Below, piece after piece: positions 9,627 to 19,702 of a stretch of 64,000 bases of DNA. The stretch lies in sequence record NC_048792.1. One strand, written 5' to 3'. Position 1 is the first letter of the stretch; each line of letters opens with the position of its first letter. The notes under the pieces are model-generated. The model was given only the letters and a program-made list of their open reading frames with translations. It made no database searches and was not told the DNA's origin. The position numbers were made by a program, and so were the translations under genes.

Positions 9627-10106
9627 ATGAACAGCAAGCTTTTGAATCCTGTAAAATCTGGACTATTAATCCTGATCTCCGCATTGGTCGTCAACTTCTT
9701 TAGTGAGGGAGACTCATTCTACAACTTCCTTAAAATAATCGCCCTTTATACAGTTCTGGAAATTGCCAGTCTGTATATCGGCGGCGCTATAAATAATAAA
9801 ACCTTAGGTAACCCTAAGAAAGTTTACAGCAACAGTAAATATTACGTAGAGGCTAATAAAAGTCTCAACCATTTCTTCCTGGTAGACAAAACGCCGTACA
9901 GCAACATTAACCGGACTATCATCGAAGTCTCTGAGGCGACTGAAGAAAGGCTCAATGATAAATCGCCGTTAATCAAAGCGTTCGTCATTGCAATCCTGGA
10001 ATCTCAAAATTGGTCTATGAAGGATATTCTCGAAGCCGAGTTATTCATCGAGCAGTATCCTGAAGAAATGAAATCAGCTCGTGACTTTGTAGAAACCATC
10101 GGCTAA
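9627..10106 (+). CDS. putative membrane protein
   Basis: Two N-terminal hydrophobic segments. Confidence 0.7.
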   Translation: MNSKLLNPVKSGLLILISALVVNFFSEGDSFYNFLKIIALYTVLEIASLYIGGAINNKTLGNPKKVYSNSKYYVEANKSLNHFFLVDKTPYSNINRTIIEVSEATEERLNDKSPLIKAFVIAILESQNWSMKDILEAELFIEQYPEEMKSARDFVETIG

Positions 10107-10122
10107 TTAAAAGGAAAAGAAA

Positions 10123-10647
10123 ATGATCGTAAGCACGATTTTAGCACTGGACAAAAACATGTTGGTTGGTAAGGATGATACTTTACCGTGGAACGAACCT
10201 ATCGACATGCAGTGGTTCAAACGCAAGACTCGGCACAAAGCCATTCTCATGGGCTACCGTACCTACATGGGCATCGGTAAACCTTTACCTGGTCGTTTGA
10301 ATCTGGTGATGGCCAGCAGCGAACCAGAAGTCCCTGGTGCCACGGTAGTACCTGACCTGTACGATGCTACTCAGGCCGCTAAGAAACACCACTACAACGA
10401 GCTGGTGATCTGTGGAGGCCCTAGTTTATACAACCGTTACATTCTCTCGGTAGATAAGATCTATCTGACCGTATTAGAGAATGAGTACGAAGGTAATGTC
10501 TACCTGAAGAACGATGTCATCGCAGAACTCATGTCTATTAAGTCTAAAGAGACGCTGACTGAGTCGGGTTTTGTTTTGGAAGATATCCGCACCGTTGAAG
10601 GCGTTGGTCAATTCAAAATCTTTACACGTGTCCGTCGTCCGCTTTAA
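10123..10647 (+). CDS. folA: dihydrofolate reductase
   Basis: LVGKDDTLPW..PIDMQWFK, ILMGYRTY, KPLPGRLNLV, VICGGPSLY. Confidence 0.95.
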   Translation: MIVSTILALDKNMLVGKDDTLPWNEPIDMQWFKRKTRHKAILMGYRTYMGIGKPLPGRLNLVMASSEPEVPGATVVPDLYDATQAAKKHHYNELVICGGPSLYNRYILSVDKIYLTVLENEYEGNVYLKNDVIAELMSIKSKETLTESGFVLEDIRTVEGVGQFKIFTRVRRPL

Positions 10648-10666
10648 ATAATCCCTGGAGAAAAGA

Positions 10667-10999
10667 ATGAAGGCAACAACCCGTACCTACGACCGGGATA
10701 CGATCGAATATATCGATGCCCTGTTGTTCGAAGGTAAGAAAGGTACCCTGGTGCAACGCGACGGTAAGATGTACTTCTACTGCGACGACATGCGCTTGGA
10801 CTGCGGTGAGGTAGAAAGGACTAAACCCGTTGCTAACGACTCAACGGAAAACCTACTCTTTACCACGGCACCGAATGAAGAGTATGGTAAGGAGTTCAAG
10901 GAAAATGGTGACTTCATCATTCTTCGTGAGAACACCCATTACGGTCTGGTATTCCGTGGCAAGAAAATTCGCCCACTTAAATTTGCGGAGATGGCATGA
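10667..10999 (+). CDS. hypothetical protein
   Basis: GGAG RBS. Confidence 0.75.
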   Translation: MKATTRTYDRDTIEYIDALLFEGKKGTLVQRDGKMYFYCDDMRLDCGEVERTKPVANDSTENLLFTTAPNEEYGKEFKENGDFIILRENTHYGLVFRGKKIRPLKFAEMA

Positions 11000-11961
11000 T
11001 TAATTTCTTTAAGAAGTGGTTCGCTAAGAGCGAAGAAGCTCCAAAAGACACTACTTCTGAATCTAAGGTGTCAGCTGACGAAATCGTCAGTGCTGTTAAG
11101 ATGATAGCCATTGTTGAAGACACCAATAAGGTTATCGACTATTGCGCAGATAAATTACTCTACGTCATCACATCGAGTGACGAATTCTTCACTCGTACTT
11201 TGTCGGCAAATATTCTCCGTCTGCACAATGGGGTGATCAATATTGCCTACCGGAATACCCCGGTTGATTTACACGGCTATAACGGTGCAAGGGAATGGCT
11301 GAATAATAACGGTCATGAGGTTAAGAGTATAGACCAAGTCTTTAGGGACAAAGTTGACCAACTTATGGCTGAGCGCGGTTATTACCCAACCCATGCTAAG
11401 CAGATATTCTCCCTTAACGTAAGTAGCTTGAATAACCCATACGCTACTGATTCTTTTGACCATCTCTGTATTGGGATGGAACGTAGCTACGTCAAGGATT
11501 CGGTCGACTTGACGCTAAAGGGATTCGACGACTACGCGCGCGACTTCGACGCAGCTAAGTCGTGGTTAGCTAAAAGCCATTTCGCTGATCGGTTTGCGCC
11601 AGTCTTAGAGCACTTACTGAAAGTTCAAGAAACCGCAGTAAATTCCCAAGAGCCGGTTAAAGAGAACCCGCTCGGTCGCGACGGAATGATTACTGTCAGA
11701 AAGGACGAGAGATTAGAGGAGTTGGTGCTTAGTACCGGCCTGTCTTTAGGGGCAATCCGTTGTTCTAAGGATAAGGTTGAAATTCCGTTCCGGCTGGACG
11801 AAATGGATCATGAATTTATCTACCGTGTTCATGATCCTCGGGCAGTCGTCACCTTCCTTTGGGAAGCGCTAGATCCGTTGGTAACTAAGGGTAAGATGAC
11901 GGTGTCTAATCGCAACTACTACGGTGACGATAGCGCTTACGTTATCGCTTTAACTATTTAA
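10996..11961 (+). CDS. hypothetical protein
   Basis: 321 aa, coupled start. Confidence 0.8.
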   Translation: MINFFKKWFAKSEEAPKDTTSESKVSADEIVSAVKMIAIVEDTNKVIDYCADKLLYVITSSDEFFTRTLSANILRLHNGVINIAYRNTPVDLHGYNGAREWLNNNGHEVKSIDQVFRDKVDQLMAERGYYPTHAKQIFSLNVSSLNNPYATDSFDHLCIGMERSYVKDSVDLTLKGFDDYARDFDAAKSWLAKSHFADRFAPVLEHLLKVQETAVNSQEPVKENPLGRDGMITVRKDERLEELVLSTGLSLGAIRCSKDKVEIPFRLDEMDHEFIYRVHDPRAVVTFLWEALDPLVTKGKMTVSNRNYYGDDSAYVIALTI

Positions 11962-12019
11962 TTTAACGCCTTCCTCTATTCAGATAGAGGAAGGTTCTAT
12001 TCTGTCCTAGGAGATAACC

Positions 12020-12478
12020 GTGATTGCAACGTTAGTAGATATCCTCCGTACTTACGAAAAAGAAGTGAAGCGTTACATCACCCTGCACTTCTCTGCTAAC
12101 CCAAACGATCTGATGTTTGGTTTTGGTAAGCTGTATCCGGGTAAAGGTCACTTCGTCTCTCTGGCACGAGAGAACCCTAACATGATCATTGTCGATGGTC
12201 AGTTCCGTTGTGTCTGGATCGACAACGACGTCGACTTCGAAACACTCTTCCATGAGATTCGTGCTACGGAATTGCCTGTCCACGTATTCGGTTCCGGTAG
12301 TGTAAGGATGCCTGAGGATTTAGGCCCTGAGCGCATGAACTACGGGTTCCCTGTAAAAATGGTATTCGTTGCGCATGTGGCGATTGAATACCTCCGTGGT
12401 CATGGGGTAATTGAGGCAGTCTTGGTGCGGGACATCCGTCAGCCTTCTCGCGTCTCTCAAACTTTCGAGATTGAATAA
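12020..12478 (+). CDS. hypothetical protein
   Basis: AGGAG RBS, GTG start. Confidence 0.75.
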   Translation: MIATLVDILRTYEKEVKRYITLHFSANPNDLMFGFGKLYPGKGHFVSLARENPNMIIVDGQFRCVWIDNDVDFETLFHEIRATELPVHVFGSGSVRMPEDLGPERMNYGFPVKMVFVAHVAIEYLRGHGVIEAVLVRDIRQPSRVSQTFEIE

Positions 12479-12864
12479 TGAGCGACAAAATCGTTCGGGT
12501 CTATTCTGGGTCACTTACCCCGGCCCTCAGCGCAGTCCTGTTGGAATATAACACCAACCAAAGCGCTATCCTTCAAGCAGCTAATAAACCTGGTGAGTTC
12601 ATCTTGGGGAAAAGCGGTTTCCATTTCCTCATGGTAGACGATACCGTTGGAACGGAACGAATGAAGTTTCTTTCCGATCGAAATAACTACCCAGATGCCA
12701 CCGTTGTCATTAGTTGTATTTCTACGAAATTCAGCGACCTGGTCGCACTAGGTTACATTAGTTCATCCCACATGACTATAGATGTTATTGATGGTGAACT
12801 CTGGGCTACTGTTAACCGTAGTAAGTATTTATCATTGGGGACTACGATACGCATATGTTATTGA
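12478..12864 (+). CDS. hypothetical protein
   Basis: TAATG coupling. Confidence 0.7.
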   Translation: MSDKIVRVYSGSLTPALSAVLLEYNTNQSAILQAANKPGEFILGKSGFHFLMVDDTVGTERMKFLSDRNNYPDATVVISCISTKFSDLVALGYISSSHMTIDVIDGELWATVNRSKYLSLGTTIRICY

Positions 12865-12962
12865 TCGACGAACCTGAAGACCGTGGAGCATTTCAGCAGG
12901 AAGACCCCTCTGACTTCACTGGCAACCAACCTGTAAACTCTTAATTAAAAGGTAGACTACAA

Positions 12963-14621
12963 ATGGAACAGATTCAAAACGCAGGTACTGAACACGAAGC
13001 TGGTAAATCTCATTTCGACTTCGATCTGTTGGTTGAAGTAGTTAAAGAAAACATCAAACGCAATAGCAGTGCGCCTAACCTCCGTTTCGGCGAAAGCTCG
13101 TTCTTCCCACTCTTCCGCGTCAACGTGGCGCACGCTAACTCGAGCAAATCTCTGTACGACATTTACCTGGACTCCTTCGGTGAACAGGATCGCAAAGAGC
13201 TGACCTGCCGGACCTGTAAGCGTTGGTTGGAAGCTAACGGCAATCTCGTTACCATCGGTGCCGGCGGAGAAGTTTCCTCTGTCGCTTTTAATACCGAGAC
13301 TGGTAAGTTGGCCGAACTGCCAGTGGAAGTCTCTAACCTGCTTCTGAAGCTCCAGAGTGCAGTTGAGCGTTCTCCAGTTAACGGCTACCGTACACTGAGC
13401 CGCGGTAGCGATACTGCGGTACCTAACGATGGTCAGTGGCTGCACTTCCACGGTACGCTCGGTTCTATTCCGCTGAACCCGGTTAAAGTCAACTACGCAG
13501 GTGAAGAAAACGCAGCTGCTGAGAAAGTATCAGTAATGCGTAATGCGTTGAACCGTTGGTCTCTGGATATTCTGTCTCATGCAAAAGCTCTGGCTACCTA
13601 CGGTGCTCTGCGCAATCACCGCCATCGTAACCGCATCAAGCAGTACGTCGATAACGCTAAGCTGTACCATGCGATTAAAGACAGCCGTAATCGTGATGCA
13701 CTGGTTTGGCTGTGGGCTAATACCCTGACTCCAGATCAGACTAACGTGGTCGGTACATCCTTGGGCATGTTGTTCGACGCCCTGGTGGAAGGTGGTGAGG
13801 ATCTGGCACTGACTCGTTATATCCGTGAAACTGACGGTGTTAACTACCAGCGTCCGACTGAAGAGCCTACAGTACGTGAGCTCGACGAGGCACAAGAGCT
13901 GGTGTCCAAGAACGGTTGGGATCGTTCGTTCCACCGTACCGCAGCTAAGCTGGAAGACATCCAGTACCTGTTCTGGGTACCGGGTGAAACTAAGCAGGAA
14001 GAAGTTCGCCAGGGTGTATTCAGCCAGGTGAAAGCCAAGGATGCTCAACCTGAGAAATCAGCAGTTGAAGGTGGCCGTATCTCGGTTCTGGACTTCATGT
14101 CTAAAATCGTACCTAACGCTACTTCTATCCAGTTCAAGTTCAATCCTCGCGGCGTGTTTAACTTCCTGTTCTACACGAAAGCTGAATTCGCCGATGCACC
14201 TCCTATCCTGAAGTGGGATCGCGAAGACCGCCGTAATACCGTTTCCGGTTACCAGTATAGCCAGTCAATCTATCCTGAGTATGTCGGTATCGATTCTCCT
14301 CGTGTCGATGTCATTGGGATTACGGTTCCGCCTGAAACCTGGGCTAACCCAGAGATGGAGTACGGTACACTGAAGGACCCAGTGTTCTTGCTTAAAGGCG
14401 CGTACGATATCCGTAACAGCCAGAGCGCTTTGTTCCCTGAGAACATGCGTCATGAGCTGCACGGTTCCCGTCGCGTTATTGAAGCGTTCTCTTCCAGCAC
14501 ACCACTGGCTGATAAAGTCGGCGTAACAGGTATTACTCCGATCAACTTCCCGCAGCTGACCGCGGAAGTCGTTACTAAAGACGGCGAGAAAGTGAACTAC
14601 TCGTTTATCGGTAATCACTAA
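12963..14621 (+). CDS. large conserved phage protein with CxxC and HxH motifs
   Basis: LYDIYLDSF...CRTCKRW...GNLVTI and WLHFHG; codon usage typical of a highly expressed gene. Confidence 0.8.
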   Translation: MEQIQNAGTEHEAGKSHFDFDLLVEVVKENIKRNSSAPNLRFGESSFFPLFRVNVAHANSSKSLYDIYLDSFGEQDRKELTCRTCKRWLEANGNLVTIGAGGEVSSVAFNTETGKLAELPVEVSNLLLKLQSAVERSPVNGYRTLSRGSDTAVPNDGQWLHFHGTLGSIPLNPVKVNYAGEENAAAEKVSVMRNALNRWSLDILSHAKALATYGALRNHRHRNRIKQYVDNAKLYHAIKDSRNRDALVWLWANTLTPDQTNVVGTSLGMLFDALVEGGEDLALTRYIRETDGVNYQRPTEEPTVRELDEAQELVSKNGWDRSFHRTAAKLEDIQYLFWVPGETKQEEVRQGVFSQVKAKDAQPEKSAVEGGRISVLDFMSKIVPNATSIQFKFNPRGVFNFLFYTKAEFADAPPILKWDREDRRNTVSGYQYSQSIYPEYVGIDSPRVDVIGITVPPETWANPEMEYGTLKDPVFLLKGAYDIRNSQSALFPENMRHELHGSRRVIEAFSSSTPLADKVGVTGITPINFPQLTAEVVTKDGEKVNYSFIGNH

Positions 14622-14635
14622 TCGTTGTTCATATC

Positions 14636-14664
14636 GGCGGGGATTTTCCCCGCCTTTATTTTTT
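14636..14664 (+). terminator. intrinsic terminator
   Basis: GGCGGGG-atttt-CCCCGCC plus T tract. Confidence 0.8.
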
Positions 14665-14689
14665 GTTTGAATCTAAACTTTTTTGAAGC

Positions 14690-14706
14690 CTATATTACTT
14701 TATTGA
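14690..14706 (+). promoter_or_regulatory. phiKZ-type early promoter (class I)
   Basis: CTATATTAC-ttta-TTGA. Confidence 0.75.
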
Positions 14707-14738
14707 GGATAGAATTCCAATTTAGCGGAGAAACTTTT

Positions 14739-15293
14739 ATGGAGTATCAAGTATATCGAGGCTTAGTTCGTAAAGCACCTATCACTGAATCAGTTCATCC
14801 ATCCATCACCTTTGCGGGTAATAAAGCAACGGCTGAGTATTACGCCCACAATCCAAACAACACTGACCTGAAGGGTAATTGCCCTACGGTCTACTCGGCG
14901 ACGATTGAGATCAATAATCCTTTCATTGTCGATAAGGATTACTCCGGCATCGAGTTCAAACAACTCCTTCGTGTTATGAGTAAGGTCGAGGTTTATAAGC
15001 TGATCTTAGAACACGAAGAATATGTCAAAGGGACTTACCTTTATCAGGAGTTCGTAAGGGAAGGCGCGTTGAGTAGTAACTACGTTCTGGAGTGTATCGG
15101 GAGAAACCCGTCTCTTCTGGAAGTGGCTTTACCTGCGTATGTATTCCTGGATAATCCTGATATCGTCGCGAGACTTATTCGTTCAGGTTTTGACGGATCG
15201 ATTCATCGCGGTACGGGTGTCTCTATGGATGACGTCGAATATCGGATCTGGCTGAGTCACTCCCAGATAAAGAAACATTGTTGCTGTAATTAG
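14739..15293 (+). CDS. ADP-ribosyltransferase-fold protein (ART-PolyVal-like)
   Basis: VYRG...SITFA...AEYYA...TIEINNPF...GFDGSIH...EYRIW..SQIK; GGAG RBS supports ATG 14739. Confidence 0.6.
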   Translation: MEYQVYRGLVRKAPITESVHPSITFAGNKATAEYYAHNPNNTDLKGNCPTVYSATIEINNPFIVDKDYSGIEFKQLLRVMSKVEVYKLILEHEEYVKGTYLYQEFVREGALSSNYVLECIGRNPSLLEVALPAYVFLDNPDIVARLIRSGFDGSIHRGTGVSMDDVEYRIWLSHSQIKKHCCCN

Positions 15294-15301
15294 GAGGGGT
15301 T

Positions 15302-15691
15302 ATGAAACCTATTGAACCTGGTTGTATGGCGGTTATAATTTCCCAGACTAAAGAAGAAGGTCGTAACGAAGTCGGTAAGGTAGTAAGAGTAGTTGGGCTT
15401 GTTCCCGATGGGGAAAGTCTCTATTCTCTGGAAGGGGTGACTACCTGTACTGGGGAGTCGATTAAATCAACTGGGGCATTCATACCGGATGTTAGAAGTT
15501 GGGTAGTTCTTGGTGACATCGTGGTCGCTAAACTTACCACGGATAAGTACGGTACCATCTATGCTAAAGGTGAAATCACAATCGGTGGTTTTACCGGTAA
15601 CGGGATGGTTGCAGAACATCGTTTAATGCGTATCGATGGTTTTGAGGACGAAGACAAAACCAAAGAAAAAGATTTACTGCTTACGGAGTAG
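15302..15691 (+). CDS. conserved phage hypothetical protein
   Basis: PGCMAVII...VGKVVRV...RLMRID pattern; GGAGG RBS. Confidence 0.7.
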   Translation: MKPIEPGCMAVIISQTKEEGRNEVGKVVRVVGLVPDGESLYSLEGVTTCTGESIKSTGAFIPDVRSWVVLGDIVVAKLTTDKYGTIYAKGEITIGGFTGNGMVAEHRLMRIDGFEDEDKTKEKDLLLTE

Positions 15692-15697
15692 AAAAAC

Positions 15698-16138
15698 ATG
15701 TACCTCCCAATTACTTTTGACCTGCTGCGAGAGAAATCAACGGGAACGATCGTTGAAGTAACATCTTCTGATGCGGAACAGTCTACTATCAGTTTTGTTC
15801 CAGTGATCGATAAAGAAGGTAATGTCATTACATCCGGCGTTACCGATATCCTCTCTCTGGAAGAGATGGTTAAGCAGTTCGAACTACTGGAGAACCTGTC
15901 TTACTTCAACGTGCGTGAAGAAGGTCAGATGGACTTTGGTAGCATGGTAGTCGTTAAGGATAACGATGAAGTTAACAAGCTGATGCTTGCCTACTACGAA
16001 TACATGGATCAACCGATGATGCTCCAGTATCTCGAGATCGATGTAGAGTGGCCGGCATTGGCTGTAGTAATGAACCAGGCTCTCTTTGTAGAGTCGGTAA
16101 ACAAAGTCAGTAAACTCATTCAAACTGTTAAAGGTTAA
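15698..16138 (+). CDS. hypothetical protein
   Basis: Operon position. Confidence 0.75.
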   Translation: MYLPITFDLLREKSTGTIVEVTSSDAEQSTISFVPVIDKEGNVITSGVTDILSLEEMVKQFELLENLSYFNVREEGQMDFGSMVVVKDNDEVNKLMLAYYEYMDQPMMLQYLEIDVEWPALAVVMNQALFVESVNKVSKLIQTVKG

Positions 16139-16148
16139 GGAAAGTCAA

Positions 16149-16604
16149 ATGTCCGATAAAACTATTGCCCGTCGTGTCTTCATCGCTTCTTCTGATCTGG
16201 TTAACAAAATCGGCTATACGGCCTTTAACCAGGTCTTGCTGAACGCCAAACATATTCAGTGTGCATTCGGGTTACCTTACCCAGACGCAGGCTCTGCTAA
16301 GCTGGCAGAACCGTATTCCTACTCTCCGCTGCCAAACAACGGTTACGATACCGTAGAGAACCCGGTAGCTTATCTGCACGATTTCCGCCGTACTCCTTCT
16401 GGTATCTACGCACTGATCTCCCCGATGGAAGGTTGCACTAACAAAACCTTCCTGAAGGCGCTGGCAGGTACGCAGCAGACGTTCAAGTTCGTTCCACGCG
16501 TCATCCTGAAGAAAGCGAAACTCAAGTCAGTGAACAACTTCCACCTGCAGGCGACCAACCGGGACTTCCACGAGATCATTACTTTTGACATGATCTGGAA
16601 ATAA
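16149..16604 (+). CDS. head-protease-fold paralogue (likely degenerate)
   Basis: C-terminal FVPR...IITFD resembles gp175/gp21-type FSIR...IITWD. Confidence 0.45.
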   Translation: MSDKTIARRVFIASSDLVNKIGYTAFNQVLLNAKHIQCAFGLPYPDAGSAKLAEPYSYSPLPNNGYDTVENPVAYLHDFRRTPSGIYALISPMEGCTNKTFLKALAGTQQTFKFVPRVILKKAKLKSVNNFHLQATNRDFHEIITFDMIWK

Positions 16605-16669
16605 CTAATCATAGCGGGTAGGGATTTCCCTACCCTTTATACTCTCATTTAATTAAGTAAGGAAATGTC

Positions 16670-17122
16670 ATGAAAGGTATTAGCGATTATTTGTTATCCA
16701 TGTTGATTGAAGAAGGTACCGTTACTCGTGCTGAGATTAAGGACTTTATCCGTATCATCAAAGAGCCTTCTTCTTACGCGACGATTCGCATCGTAGTTCC
16801 TAAAGACGCCGGGATTGCTTTCCTGAAAGATCATATTCAGGCTGATGAGATCAAAGCAATGAAGTTCCGTCGGGTTCGCATTGTTGATGCGCAGTGGCGG
16901 GTTGGAGAAACGTTAGTCAACTTGGGCGATAATAAGCCAGGGTTCATCTACCGTGAAGACTCCCACTCTACGTTCCACTTGGATCAAGTGGTAGGTTATC
17001 GCGACCTGGGCCTGCGGTTCTCATTTAAGACTGACACCCTTGCGAGTGGTTTTACTCGTGATGTTTTCTTCCGTCAGCCGGACTGGGTGGAATTGGAATT
17101 CGCTGGGGTATTACTGAAATGA
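16670..17122 (+). CDS. hypothetical protein
   Basis: AAGGA RBS. Confidence 0.75.
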   Translation: MKGISDYLLSMLIEEGTVTRAEIKDFIRIIKEPSSYATIRIVVPKDAGIAFLKDHIQADEIKAMKFRRVRIVDAQWRVGETLVNLGDNKPGFIYREDSHSTFHLDQVVGYRDLGLRFSFKTDTLASGFTRDVFFRQPDWVELEFAGVLLK

Positions 17123-17622
17123 TTACAACGCTCATCACCTACCGTAAGGGCAGTGGGATGAATCAGATACGTAAGCAACTGCCGATTAAGCACAATGCAG
17201 TTGTGTCTGAATCCACTGTCTCGATTGTCTACGCTAAATGGGCGAGTGGCGTAGAGATGACCAACCCTGATGTCGAAGTCAAGATGGAAGGTAAATTACT
17301 TTCTTTCTCCATGATCCCTCCTGTTGTCGTTGATGACAATGAAGGGATTGAGCTCTTCGTCAACGATCGTTGGTTAGTTGATCTGAGTAAGATTACTACT
17401 GTCGATCAACCGGAGATCATCATTTTCGAGATCGAAACGGGCATTAAGTCGGCCAGTCTCTATCGTCACCATTCGGGTAAGATCTATCAGGTTATTACTT
17501 TAAGTAACATGAAGGTAACCAAACCCGAGTACAAAGAGACGGTAACTTATCGGGATATCGAAAGCGGCACGATTTACAGTCGTCCTCTTGAAGAATTCAC
17601 TAAGAGCTTTACAGCTCTCTAA
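17119..17622 (+). CDS. protein with C-terminal DUF1653-like domain
   Basis: LYRHHSGKIYQVI...VTYRDIESGTIYSRPLEEF. Confidence 0.7.
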   Translation: MITTLITYRKGSGMNQIRKQLPIKHNAVVSESTVSIVYAKWASGVEMTNPDVEVKMEGKLLSFSMIPPVVVDDNEGIELFVNDRWLVDLSKITTVDQPEIIIFEIETGIKSASLYRHHSGKIYQVITLSNMKVTKPEYKETVTYRDIESGTIYSRPLEEFTKSFTAL

Positions 17623-17637
17623 AAAGGTAACAGGTAA

Positions 17638-18879
17638 ATGTTAGAGTCAATAATGACTGTGCTTGAGAAATTCAACCACATTGCAAAAGACAACATGTTA
17701 CTTAGCGTGTTGTTTGGCGGCTCTGGGGTGATGTTGATTACAGCGGTGGTGAAGGGCTTACCATCTAAGTTGTTCAACTTCTTCTTACACCACCTCACTA
17801 CGCGCATCAACATGGAGACAATCTTCAACTATACGCACTTTTCTAACTTTGAAGAGTGGTTCTCCAGTAGTAAGTGGGTTCGCTACGTCCGTTCGGTACA
17901 GCCGTCAGTAACGGGTAACGGCAAACAGTCTGCCGGGATGGGGACTCATTGGTTCTTCTATAAATGCAGGCCTGTTAAGTTCACTAAGAAGATGGTACAG
18001 AGCAATGGTCGTAATGATGGGTCAATGGATATGGAATTCCGATTCTTTACCCGTAACCATGCACTCATCGATCAGTTCTTTGCCGAGATATCTCGCTCGC
18101 CAGATCGTAACACGCACACGTTCATTTCAGAACAAGGTGCAGGTGCCTCGGTTAAGATACCTAGTCGTGATCTCGATACAGTAGTTATCGATGCTGAGAC
18201 TAAATCGAAGATCATCACTACAATTGATAACTTCAGGAAGAACCGTCAGTGGTACTACGATCGCGGTATTCCGTATAAGTTAGTTATCCTGCTCCACGGT
18301 TTGCCGGGTACGGGTAAGACGTCATTGATCCGTAGCATCGCTGGTTATCTGAAGATGGATATCATGGTATTCGACCCACGTCGCGACCCTTACAACATCG
18401 GCGCTAATCTACGCGGATTGTGGCCGGGGTACATTGGGGTTATCGAGGACATTAACGCCAAACCAATGTCTAAGGACTTAGCGATTGGACGGGAACCCGA
18501 TCCTTTCTCTCCAGTAAACTCCCCTGCATCTAATAAGCCGCCTATCAACGAAGTGGACATGAAGTCCATGTTGAACGCGTTAGACGGCCCGGTGCCATTG
18601 GACGATAAGATCATCTTCATTACGTCTAACCACGTAGAGGAGTTGGATCCTACCTTTATTCGTCCAGGTCGTATTGATCTTTCCATCGAGATCAAACCAC
18701 TGACCTACAGGGAAGTTAATGAGTTCAGTATCCTTAATTACGGCCGTGGCATTTCTGATGATGAGTCATACGGTACAATCACTGGTGCTGCACTTCAACA
18801 GATCATGTTGGATAACATCGGTGATTTCGATGGCTTCTACAAAACACTTAAAACAAAACTTTCCGAAGAGGTAGCGTAA
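17638..18879 (+). CDS. BCS1-like membrane-anchored AAA+ ATPase
   Basis: N-terminal TM; WYYDRGIPYK, GLPGTGKT, VIEDI, LNALDG, ITSNH...IRPGRID as in Bcs1. Confidence 0.85.
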   Translation: MLESIMTVLEKFNHIAKDNMLLSVLFGGSGVMLITAVVKGLPSKLFNFFLHHLTTRINMETIFNYTHFSNFEEWFSSSKWVRYVRSVQPSVTGNGKQSAGMGTHWFFYKCRPVKFTKKMVQSNGRNDGSMDMEFRFFTRNHALIDQFFAEISRSPDRNTHTFISEQGAGASVKIPSRDLDTVVIDAETKSKIITTIDNFRKNRQWYYDRGIPYKLVILLHGLPGTGKTSLIRSIAGYLKMDIMVFDPRRDPYNIGANLRGLWPGYIGVIEDINAKPMSKDLAIGREPDPFSPVNSPASNKPPINEVDMKSMLNALDGPVPLDDKIIFITSNHVEELDPTFIRPGRIDLSIEIKPLTYREVNEFSILNYGRGISDDESYGTITGAALQQIMLDNIGDFDGFYKTLKTKLSEEVA

Positions 18880-19313
18880 TGTTTTCACCCATGTTCGAGA
18901 TGATCGGTAACTTCCTCAACGGTTGTCCTCGGTCTTTCATCACTACCGATGGTTCAGTGACGCTGGAAGAGATGAAGGGGTGGTTTGGTAACGGTTACAA
19001 TATCGTTGTCTTTACTCCCCCGGAAGATACTTCCAAATCACGTTCTTACCTCGCTAAGATGTTTGAGCAGGACGCCGCTGAATTAGAAAGCGAAGAAGGT
19101 GAGAAGAAGATTTACTTCTACGAGTCAGAGGAAACCGACAGCTATCTGGATATGGCTATTCTGGTTTCCACCGACGCGTTGGTTGAGTTCTCGCGTTACA
19201 TTGATGTTGACGACAAGAACTTCAGTTACATCAACGCTACTATCAAAAAGTGCCGTGGTTACGAATCTTACGGTAAAGTCACGCTACAACTGCCAATGGG
19301 GTATCCGCTGTGA
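18879..19313 (+). CDS. hypothetical protein
   Basis: TAATG coupling to the ATPase. Confidence 0.75.
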   Translation: MFSPMFEMIGNFLNGCPRSFITTDGSVTLEEMKGWFGNGYNIVVFTPPEDTSKSRSYLAKMFEQDAAELESEEGEKKIYFYESEETDSYLDMAILVSTDALVEFSRYIDVDDKNFSYINATIKKCRGYESYGKVTLQLPMGYPL

Positions 19314-19702
19314 TCGAATACGTTATCTCAGAAACACAGATCACTGACAAGACAAAGAAACGCCTGAGTGAACAACTCGGCGAAGGTCGGGAGATTACTG
19401 CGGTTCTCTCCTTCGATCAATCTTACGTCATGGAACGTAAAGGTCCAGACTTTTCTGGTCTGTTGGTAATCACCGGGCCACTGCTGGAATACCATATCTT
19501 CCGTAAGGTCGGTATGAAGTTCGTTCATGCAGGCGCCATGAAAACTTCCATTTCAACCGTGTCACTCAGCGATGATAACTACAACGCGATGGCCGGTCTT
19601 GGAGTGGAGGATAAACTCACCGCTCTTTCCCATAAGGTCAAAGAGCTCCATCCACATATCCTCGCCTACTTTAAGACGGAGGAAATGAAAGGAGTACTCT
19701 GA
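19310..19702 (+). CDS. hypothetical protein
   Basis: GTGA coupling. Confidence 0.7.
   Translation: MIEYVISETQITDKTKKRLSEQLGEGREITAVLSFDQSYVMERKGPDFSGLLVITGPLLEYHIFRKVGMKFVHAGAMKTSISTVSLSDDNYNAMAGLGVEDKLTALSHKVKELHPHILAYFKTEEMKGVL

Noticed and set aside
12855-12944. 29-aa acidic mini-ORF before the 552-aa gene
   Set aside because: No clear RBS and too short to support
14625-14738. N-terminal extension of the ART-like ORF in the track
   Set aside because: It runs through a terminator and promoter; the true start is likely ATG 14739
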